Origin: Vermamoeba vermiformis
Taxonomy: Eukaryota
Length of the DNA: 61,428 nucleotides
NCBI GenBank assembly: GCA_045837725.1
Contig: JBEWZL010000207.1
Coordinates: forward strand, 1 to 61,428
Direction of reading: 5' to 3'
Shown here one piece after another: positions 10,506 to 21,363 of the stretch; position 1 is the stretch's first letter; each line of letters opens with the position of its first letter. The position numbers and the translations under genes are program-made. A model generated the notes under the pieces. That model was not told the origin of the DNA. It saw only the letters and a list, made by a program, of their open reading frames with translations, and did no database searches.

Positions 10506-10535
10506 GGATAACTTAGCCGATCAGTTAAGTTATCC
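10506..10535. other. Inverted repeat/hairpin with a perfect 10-bp stem, 60 bp upstream of the endonuclease ATG
   Basis: GGATAACTTA-GCCGATCAGT-TAAGTTATCC. Confidence 0.8.
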
Positions 10536-10585
10536 TTCTTATAGTATTGCTAAACCAAAGATTTATTAATTAACAATATTGGAAA

Positions 10586-12462
10586 CTAATTACAAAATTT
10601 AGGCATGTTAAACAAACTTTTGGAAAGGACCTTTTTCAAACTCTCTACAATGTGAAGCATTGGCTCATGATTTTTATCTGTTGATTGGAGCCACTCGTGA
10701 TTTAATGCTTCTTTAAGAGAAATTCGATCTGAAGACTGATTCGCTAATAATTTGGATATAAAGTCACGTGCTAATGGTGTCACAGCTTCAGGATCTGAAA
10801 ATTCGAACGGTTTACTCAGGCGTCGAGTTGCATTTACCATGATTCCAAAATCAAATTGTAAATGCTTGACGTGAATTAAATCGTGGATAAATGGAAGACG
10901 ACCAGTCATTAACATGTGTGCTATCCAACCTAATTAAATAACATTTTTAAAATTAATCAGCTCATAAATTAACAGAGTATAACAGATCATCTCTGATACT
11001 TACCAACCACAAACGAATAAGTCTTTTCAGTGCATTTATCACCGTTGAACATTTCAAGCGAGGGTATGAAAGACTTTGCAGAGTCAGCATTCAGTTCCGA
11101 AAAATGAAACAAGGCCGACAATAATTTAATCTCAATCTGGTAAGAAAAAAGAATTATTAACGCACAGTTAAGTTTATACGATTATTAGATCGTTATTAAT
11201 ATTATGCATATTGAAATAATTTAAAACGTACTTTATCATTCGGCAGCAGATTTGCAGCCAGTAATCCGTAATTGAACTGGTACGAAAATATTTGATGGTC
11301 ACAAAGCCATTCAGCGAGCAACAATATTTGTCTCGTTATATCTTGCACCTATATTAATAGATGAAACGTTAAATAAGCGGAATTCCAAAACGTGAAACGA
11401 TCTGACATCAAACTTACGTTGGCTTCAGTGATGAGGTCAGGCCGTTTTAATAGTATTTCGGATAAGAATCCATCTGTTATTTCGCTAAATAATAACATAC
11501 GATGGGACTGTCTGGTGTAGAAGAGATTTTGTACGGCCAGATTCGGATGTCGTTGATCTTTGAATTGAAGTTCGAAGTCGATCAAAAGGTGTTCAATGTC
11601 CTCTGGTTTGATGTGCACCTTAAAAGTAAATAAATGTTGTCCTATAGCAACAGGTGGGCTCCCAGGAATATTCTAAAAAGGAAAAATTAATTTCGGAATC
11701 GCTATGCGGGTAAAACTTGCCAAAAAGAATATAATTCAATCGATATCTCGTTACATCAAATTAAAGAACGCGATATGCTATTATTGCTGTTGTTGACTTA
11801 CGGCCAGTTGGATTCGCTGGATCGAACTTTGGTCGGAAAGCGTTTTGATTTGTTTTTCGAAGCGGGAAATATTCTTTTCGTCAATAAAACAAGCAGTTAA
11901 ACGTGACAAGAATAACGAGAAATAATCTAGGAGAAATATTCGAGCGTTATTAAATTTTAACGATTTAAAGCCAAGTGCCACTTACCTGTATCTTCTTTGA
12001 AATATATCGACGAGATATAATACTGCTTGCACATAAACCTCCAAAAATCATTACTCTTAAAGACACCGTTCCAGTACTTGCTGAGCAGTTGAAGCCTGAA
12101 TTTTCTATTTAGCAAATTCTTCTTTCGGTTTTATCAAATCGAGTCTTCGTAAAAATAATATAACAGCAATTTAATTAAATGATGCTTAAAAATACCTTAT
12201 AATGACCAATGGAGGTAGCGCAGCGTATTTTAAAATCTCGAATAATATTTCTTGTGGTAGTCGCGCGAGCCACTCTTCTTCCCAATGAAAAAGCCTATAA
12301 TTGCTAATCGTTATATTATTTTAAACGGAATATCCAAATTTTATCGTTTAGCGAAACAGATTCACGTAAAGACTTGTTTTCTTACCCGTCGTTCACGGAT
12401 TCGTTTTCCTGGTTACTGAATTTCTTTTTGTTGGTACGTAGACCGTTAGTAGTGTTTCCCAT
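10586..12462 (-). CDS. Multi-exon protein with an F-box-like motif and a degenerate (pseudo)kinase domain
   Basis: LARLPQEILFEILKYA near the N-terminus; kinase-fold segments HPNL, MLMTGRLPF, ARDFISKLL..DRISLKEALNHEWL; HRD and DFG motifs not recognisable. Confidence 0.65.
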
Positions 12463-12906
12463 ATTAAATATTAAGAATTGATTGAATTGAGGTGCTCCGT
12501 CGTTCTGCTAATTGATTAAATTTTGTCGGCACATTAAAATCTCATTATAACAAACAAATAGAAATAGAAACGTCGTTTATATAAACGGATTACTGTTGGC
12601 TGCAGAAAATGTATGATATGACGGCAGTTTCATTACATTAGCGACGTACGAGTTGTCATCATTTGGTGACCTTCCTACAATAAATATACACGCTTTATTT
12701 ATTACATAATAGACGGACTCTCCGAGAAGATAGCGAGGAATAATCGTTCCGTACTTCATGCACGACTTTCTCAATTAGCGATTGCTGAATAGCACGTATT
12801 ACGTAATAAGATGGCATTGGAAAATCTCGCGTGATCGCGCCAACCAACGCGAATGAGAAATATGGTTGTTAAATCAAGAGTAATTTATTTATGGTGAATA
12901 TCGATC

Positions 12907-15900
12907 TTAATTCAAGCGATATTGTACACTAGTGGTTGGAGTACCAGAAGCAGTACCTCCACTGATGTATTGTGCACCTTTACTTGAGGTGCAAGCAGCT
13001 GTAGTACGAGAAATGCCAAGCACAGCAGTCGGAGTAACTCCATCGGAAAGAGTTGCGCTGGTCACAACAGAGCTGTACAGGCCTCCCGTTCCAAGAGAAC
13101 CGCCCCACATTGAAAGCTCAGCACCAGTGCCAAGGAAACAATAGCCGGCACCAACAACGCTTGCAGTGTAACAATTAGTGGTGCACGCAACAGCGGCAAA
13201 GCTGAGAGCACCAGTGTTGGTAATAGTGGCCACTCTGTAGTCGTTTTGCACCACGTTGCTAGCGCTAACGCCGCCCGGAATGTAAATGTTTGTCTGACCA
13301 GTGGGGATATTGCTCGTGTCAGCGGATGACAAAACAGCGGCACCTGACTGAGTGCGGGCAGGAACTCCGGAATCAACTTGAGTCCAAGCAGCATTGTTGG
13401 GAAGTTCGGTAGCCGTGGTGAAGTCCAAGGGTAACCACTAAAGAATTCATTAGCTCATATTAACAGCTTCATAAAATAGTAGAGTTTCATACCTCGTACG
13501 AAGAAACAGCTGTGCTTCCAGATATGGTGCCAAAGAGCGCGAAGACAGAATACGAAGTAGTGCTGCCTGGAAGGGGACCACTCACTAATGAGAATCCAGC
13601 ACGTCTATTGTAGAGCAATTAGAAATCCGATACGAACAACACAATAAATATGACGTACCCTGTGTTAAGAGTTGGAATAAGAGTATCGTCCCAAACACCA
13701 AGAGCACCTAACATCAGCGGCTTGTTCGAACTAATTCCGCCTTCTAATATATTCAATCAAATTAGTTAACTTAATCTTATAACGATATTGAATAGGACTT
13801 ACGGAAGTCATCAAAATAGCTATTGCCATTGGCAGTATCGTACAAAACCATGGCGCTTTGAGGGTCGTTAGCATTCTGAGTTCGGTAGATGCTGCACTAT
13901 CGTTAGTACACCAACAAGCGAAAGCAACGGCAATGCTACTTACTTGTAATGATCAACATGCGACACGCTGCTCCAACGCAATAACACAGCGAGGTATTGA
14001 CCGGTATTTTGAGGGAATCGCACTGCCATTGGGGTGCTGCAAAGTGATTCTCCCAAAGGATTCTTTGGGTCCGTATCATCGTGCACGGCACTGACACAGT
14101 AGTAGTACACACCTCCTGTTTGAGGAGCGGTGAGCGTATCGGGGATGACTTGGAGATTAGCCTGGGCAACAGGTGCACTTGATGGCGGCATAATATACGC
14201 GCGGTACATGTTGTTTCTGATGTTGTTGTTGTTATCAATGCCACCGCCGAAGTATACAAAGCTAAACAAAAGGGTTAGCTTACTGCTGTCTCTTCTTATG
14301 GTTATCTAACTTACCTTCCAGCAACAGCAGCAGAACCCAAACGCACTCCGTTTCTTCGAAGAGTGCCAGCAGCATTGACGAAGGGAGCCACAACACGACC
14401 GTACTCGTCGATTGGAGCATATTCAACTGTATTTGTGACACTGCCTCCAGTGGTGGTGCCTCCGAAGACGTACAAGAAGGCGTTGTTTGGAGTAGGACGC
14501 ACAACCGCAGTAGCATGAGCGGAACGCGCGCGGTTCAGCGCTAAGCTGGCAATATTCGTGCTGTCAGGGGTCCAATTAGCACCACCGGCATTAGACTGCA
14601 CACGAACGTAAGAATAACGTGTTTGGATATTCTCGGCGTTGACTAATATCACAACGCAACTCAATGGGCCCGTTGCAGTAGTGAGATCAAATGTTGCTGT
14701 GATAGACGTGGCAGTCACTGTGTTGATCGCGCTCGAAAAAGTAGCAGTGATCGATGAATTGTAGAAGTTAATGCAACTGGCAGTCAACGTGATGGCGGTG
14801 GAAGTGCCGAAGTTAGTGCCCGTGACTGCAACGTTGTTGGTAGCACCAGCAGTCCATGATTCAGGAGCAATAGAAGAGATTGTCGGCATCGGGTTGCTTG
14901 ATACGACGAACCCATTAGGCAAGTAGCCAACATCGCCAGTGGGGTTAATCACATAAACATCGTAAACTCCCACAGGGATCACAGTACCAGCTGAAAAACA
15001 AATATTAGACATTGCTCGAGAAATCACTTCGCGTTGGACTTACTTGTATCAGGTACGTTAGCAATCAACTCCGTGGTACTGAATGAGAAGCTGGTAAGCT
15101 CGATTGAAGTGATGTTTGACTGAGTCAAATAAATGCGAGGAGCACTAATGAAATTGACACCAGTACTAAGTGCCTTGAAGCTGACAGGGACAGGAGCAGC
15201 ACCGGAAGTGATACCATTGGGGTAGACTGACAACGCTATGTTCGAAGCACCGGGACCCACAAGGAATGCGCTGTGCATAATTGCAACACACCCGTCAGGA
15301 TTGGTCAAGCGAACATCGTAGAAGCCAGCATCGAGACCAGCAGGGATAATCACACGGATACGATTGAAGTTATTGTCCCAAGCAGGTCGGGTGCCCAAAG
15401 CCAACGACACATTAAAGTTCGTTGCGGTGCTCATCAGCAACACTTCAGTTGGGTTCTGATTGTTGCGCATGTTCTCAGTGTAGAGGAAACCTTGCACGGA
15501 AATCTTGTTGTAAACGTACTCGGGCTCAACAGAGACGATCTTCACTGGAGCACGGACGACGACAGTTTGGCCTGCGGCAAAGCTTACAGAAGACGTGCAC
15601 GTAAAGCCATTGGTCAACTGATCAATAGTTAGTTTAAATGTTAATGTGATGAACAAGATCGTACTTGGAATCCGTAAGTGCCAGGGTTCAACAACGAGAG
15701 TGCACCTCGAGAAAACGCCACATCCATCAGTGTACTGTTGAAAGACACGATGCTACCATCAGCTGTTTGCAAGCAGTCCAAAGTGTTGCACTGACTGACC
15801 AAGGTAACAGTTGGGGCGCTGAAGAGCGAACCAGCAATTGACACATGAGTGTCGCCATCATCGCGAGCACAAATAGTAGAAGGTGCGACTGATGTTAAAA

Positions 15901-17866
15901 CAGGAGTGGCCACAATTTCAACCACATTAGTCGTAACATAACTTTATACCAATCGTTAGTCATTGTTAAAATGATTATTTCAACCGACTTACTTGCAATC
16001 ATAGGGTGCGGGGTTAGTAATGTTCACGGCAGAATCTCCAAGGGTCATGTTGGAAGGAGTGATCATGACAACGAGCTTCAAGCACGAAGTAACGTTGTGA
16101 GTATAAATTGTTGCTGATGTGCAGCCCAAGCTTTGAGTGATTGGTGCCACGTTGCCACCAACAGTAACAGTAGGCGCTACTCCATCAATGAAAAGAAAAC
16201 CAGGGCCAGAAATGGTGAGGGGGACATCACCCAACTCGTTACAGAATCTGGGAGGTGAGGCAAGGTCAACAATAGGTGGAGCGGTGATGACGAGGTTGTC
16301 TAGTGATGACATGCACTCAGAGGAGACAATCGGATTGGAGAAGTTGATCATCTGCGAGAAGGGACCTTGGGCACGAATAATCGGAAGTTGAGCGGGAATT
16401 TCGAATGTAACAGTTTGGCACGTTGAAATGTCATTGTTTGACAAAGCGAGTGCGCTGCACGAAGACAGTTCAAAGTCATTCTATAATCACGTTAGCAATG
16501 AGAAGTCAATCAGCGGCACGAAGGTACTTACATAAGCGGTGTTGCCGACGTAAACAGTACCGGTGATATTATTGACGCTCAAGAAGCCATCGCCATTGAT
16601 TGTAAGCTTAGTGGGACTGTTAGAAGCACAGACCAATTGGGGTGTGACGCTTTTGAGCTGCGGGGCATTGGTAATTCTAAACTGGACGGCCGAAGATGTA
16701 GCACAATCGGCGGGAGAGGGATTCGAGATAGAAACAGAATTAAGACTTTCCATCTCACTAGGGATGAAACTGAACGTGAGAGTGCGGCAGCTTCGTGCAA
16801 CGAAACCCTAATTCGCGTTACTTAGTGGATCGTTACAATCAGATGTGAGTGGACTGTGCTTACCTTAGCAGGAATGTCTTCGCAATCAGATAAGAAAACG
16901 TTCAATAGTGAGGGCGAGAGGTTACCAATAGTAACCTTTGGAACGGCGTCACCCAACGACAAGAAGAACCTTCCGGATACAGTTGCATTAACTGGACGGG
17001 ATGAGTTACAAAAGATAGGAGGGTCGACACGATATGCGATAGGAGCAGGTACCAACGTTAATAAATCCTCTCTAACCGATGAAAATTAGTATGGTGGGTG
17101 TTGAGGATTAATGTTTTCTAAAAAAAGGAAAAATCTCCGGAGATTTGTGATGAATACATTCTGGCCAATTTAATTCAAAAAAAATTACTAAAAATGGCAG
17201 TGGTGCGTAACTTACCGGTCGTCGAAACAAGGGACACGAGGAGCAGCGGTCGGATGTGGGGGTGTTGGTAACGGCAAGACCACTCGTACTCGTTGAGCAA
17301 AATACGTTTGATTGAGAGAATTACGAGGTACTTTTGCTTTGAGGATTGAACACCTGTAAGTAAAGATTAAAAATCACGTACGTGCCAAACTTAAAATAGT
17401 TGCCGATAAACAAATCGGTGGAACTATCCATTACATTGAATTAGATACTTACAATTGAGCGTGCTGACTTCTGAGAGGAAAGTCCGTGCAATTATCAGTA
17501 CTTTCGTCTGTCAACCCGTAATAGGACAAGTCAGGCAATTCATCGTTGTACACCATGAACGGCCATCCATTTACGAGCACCTCTTTGTCTGTTGAAATAT
17601 CGTTAGAATTATCTAACAATAAGTAATACGAGGGTCTTACCTGCATAGAAGGGGCAGATGATCGAGGGAGAAACGCTACTGAGTGACGGTTTGTCGATCA
17701 GCTTCACGTAATAGCTTTGTTCTCCAGCATCACACGTGTAAGTCTCAGGTAGCGTCAGGACAACGGCTAAGATGACTCCGGATGCAACGAGACCGGCGGC
17801 GACTGAGATCCATACAGCGGCCGTAATTGGACCTAATGATGGTAAACCTTTAGCCTCAGCACCCAT
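12907..17866 (-). CDS. Large multi-exon membrane-anchored protein with IPT/TIG-like repeats and a C-terminal Kelch-like propeller
   Basis: N-terminal TM segment (AAVWISVAAGLVASGVILAVVLTL); repeated P.(I/L)..V.P..(C)....(L/V)TI.G..F units and YDV..TNPDG; Kelch-like ARSAHATA..FLYVFGG, YIPGG, YISGG. Confidence 0.75.
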
Positions 17867-18724
17867 TATCGTATTCGAGAGTTGAGGTTACAAGTAAATA
17901 AATTAGTGAATAATAAACGCAACTCCTGAACCGTTTATATTTTTGTTGCGCGCGTAGATGATTGGGTAACGTCTGAAAATGGAAGTGGCCGTGTAAAGAA
18001 TTGAAATTCGCACTTCCAGAATGTCTCGATCCTAAATTTAGACAATTAAACGGCTATTTAATATCTATTTAATTTACCAACTCGAGTTAATATACCAACG
18101 ATCGTTGACTTGATTCAATGTAAAGTAACAAATTACAGCAGATCATTACAACTCCAATATTATTTACGAGCACGGAGTTACAATTACTCTATACTTTTCC
18201 ATTTAAGGAGTACGAAGAGGTAATAAATTGAAACGCTGTACAAAATTAAATTACCTCGTTAATGAAAAGGTCGTGCAACAAACGTTTGTTCACCTATCGC
18301 CAGCCATTAGAATAATCGTCAAAACCTCTAAATGTAAGTTGTTTGAGTCTTGTGTAGAATATATTTTGCAAGCATGAAATCGATTTTCAATTTTTAATTA
18401 AATTTAATTTTAACCGACATTGAATTGATTGTCTTGCCGAAGATATTGAATTGCAGGAAAATATGAAATTATTGACAATATTTTTATGCTAAATAAATAA
18501 TCCTAACCTCCAAGCAAATCCGGAGATGCGTTCACGCCACAACTGTATTTTTGAGGTTCCAGATGTAATTCTTTTTCACTTAACCTCTGACGGTCGTTCT
18601 TTTATGTTATACATACTTATTGCACGAGATTTTGGTGATTAAATTAATTGTTGTGTTGTTGCGGTTCGCTAAATCAATAGCCGTTACAATACAAGACCTC
18701 AGTCGAAGCAATTTTGCATTAACT

Positions 18725-21317
18725 ATGGAAGACGACACCAATGGTAAGTTGAATCGCACAATTAGCCAAAAGGTTGCTACCTTGAACGTTGTCTAAATTT
18801 GTAAAAATACTCGCTAGCGGCCTACGCTTTATTAGCAGGCGCAGGACAAGCAGACTTTATAGAAGACGATATAAGGGATCACGAGGAAAATATTACGCTC
18901 GACGGCTATGACGATCAGCCGTTTTCAGGATCACAAATAAACTCAGGACCAAATCACATGGGGTAAGCGACAGCTAGTAAGAAAATGCATATATAATACA
19001 AATTTTCAATTTAAGGTATTATCCAGCGAAACCGAAAAAGAACTGCCTGCAACGAATCCTGGGACTCATCCGTCCGTGGATGCTTGGGGCACTGTTAGTT
19101 AATATTCTGTTATTTGTATTATATAGTAAGTAATTCATTAATTGACAATAGATTTTTAACTTTTCTTCAGTCGTTTTCAAATTTGTTCGGGAAGAAACCA
19201 ACTGGAGCGAGCTGCCAGCGCATAAATGGCTATTATTTGGCATATTCGCCTTCAACAGCTATATATTAATCCGAATTGCCACCCATTTCCTCAAAGTCCT
19301 ACTCGAGGCCTTATTCTTCACGTCAATTTTCTTCTTTTACATTTACGGACTCGGCTGGTCAGTTGCAGTCTTGCTGTGGGGTAAGTCCGTTGCTAGTCTA
19401 CGCTTTGGCACAAAACTCACTACGTTATTAAGATTTTGTCTGGTGGTTTGCGCTGCGACCCATCTTCTTAGAGCCACTACCAGACCTAACATGGGTACGT
19501 ACCCAAGGATATTTCATATTTAAATATGAGTACTAATGCCCGCCTAGACGCGACTAGAACAAGCCTTTTTCGTCTTCTTGGCAGTGGCGATTGTATTCAT
19601 CATCAAAACGACGTTGGCACAATTCGTTATCGGTTAGTCTCGCAATTAATTGATGGCGAATTAATTTAATCCGATTTTTAGGACGCTTTAACAAAGCGAA
19701 TTTTTGGAAGAAAATTAGCCACGCAGTGTTCAAAGAGCGCGTGCTTCAAGTTTTACTCGCTGGAAGTAACGGTCAAGCTGTTACCTACGCCGCCATTAAG
19801 CAACGATACAGTGGCATAATACCCAACTTTAACGTATGGTGGTGCACGATACTAATAATTTACTGATAGTTTCATTCAGCTGACGGATCTTCAACAAAAT
19901 ATCGCAATTAATGCCAAACTGAAGGCGATGAGAAAAGGAAACACGTTAGGTCTCATTCCAACAAAGAAAAAGAGTGTTGAGGCCCTAGAAAAAGAAATAA
20001 TAGCCACAGCAGACGCGATATTCAATGTTCTGGAGAGCAAACAAAAACGTGGGCACGTGGAAGCTGATGACTTCAAATACTTCTTTCTCGACGCCAAGAC
20101 GCAGGCCAAAGCGTACAAAGTGTTCAAATTGCACGACAGACCCGAAGATATTTTGACGAAGCATGACTTTGAGCACGCCGTGAGAATATTATTCCGAGAC
20201 CGAAAAATTCTTGCAAAGACTCTTCAAAACAGACAAAGGTACGTTCAATACACTAATGATTTATTAATAACAATTGTTTTAGCATATCGGGTGTGATCAT
20301 TACGACTATGGACTCCATTGCTTGGGTGGTAGTCGCTATCATTAGCTTGTGGATCTTCGACGTGAGCTACATCTCGTCACTCGTGCCACTCGGCACAGCA
20401 CTGTTAGCTCTGTCATTTGTCTTTGGAAACTCAGTCAAGAATGCATTTGAAGCCTTTTTGTTCTTGTTCTTCGGTAAGTTAAGCATAGAATTTGTCGGTT
20501 TGTAGTCACTTACGATGGTCCTTTCAGTGAAAGCATATGACGTAGGCGACCGCATAAGCATCGATGGTGAAACAGTAATTATCTCAAAGATCAACTTGTT
20601 GAGCACCTTCGCGTACACTACCGGTACCTGCATAACCATATAACTGTCAATTTACCGTCTAATATCTGTTACCAGACGGTCGAAAGATCATTATTCCCAC
20701 TCGACGTCTTTCAGAAGCAACCATCGTCAATCTCCAACGAAGCAGGAATCACGTGATCAACATTTCGGTGAATATCGGTTTCAAAGCGACGATTGCGCAA
20801 TTGAACGAATTGAAGCAGACAGTAGTCGATTACATCAAAGCAAATGCTAAGGTGAGATAGTAATTCCACGTGATCGTGAATTATCGACTAACTTCCTCCT
20901 AGCTCTTCAACGGTGAACTATTCTTCGCTCTGAAGAACATTGAAGACCAGACGAAGATGCAAGTAGACTTCGCAATCGAGCTCAAGGGAGTCACTTGGGC
21001 TTCACCTTTGAAGTACCTGAACGCGAGAACTGAATTGCTGAAGGTTATACAACAAGCCCTGAGAACTATCGATCAACCGACGCCGAAAATGCTCGTAAGT
21101 TTGGACAAGAAGAATAACTGAGGCCACAATGGCACTGTCGTTTTTTTGCCCTTCGAGGTAGATATGTTGTGATAAGCGAAAGTCCCATTGGACCACATGC
21201 AACCAGCGCTTTGTCAGTTACGGTGCTTCAGATCCGCAAGCATTTATGCCAATGAACATGGCTGCTGATGACCTCGACGAATACATTGCAGAAACAAAAA
21301 TATCTTTCATTAAATAA
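18725..21317 (+). CDS. MscS-family mechanosensitive channel (paralog 1)
   Basis: GTALLALSFVFGNSVKNAFEAFLFLFF|VKAYDVGDRI.IDG..V.I.KINLLST; DGRKIIIP; RSRN. The 3' end is either TGA at 21121 or, via intron 21095-21161, TAA at 21317. Confidence 0.88.
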
Positions 21318-21363
21318 GGGGATTTGCATATTAAGGTCATTTACTTTCGAGATCAATTACCAT

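Noticed and set aside
1-10550. Fanzor/TnpB RNA-guided nuclease in the TE island
   Set aside because: No ORF shows the RuvC-I/II/III plus zinc-ribbon pattern.
9643-10560. Group I intron or rDNA host for the homing endonuclease
   Set aside because: No recognisable rRNA sequence flanks the gene, and there is too little space on either side for a ribozyme core; not tested with a covariance model.
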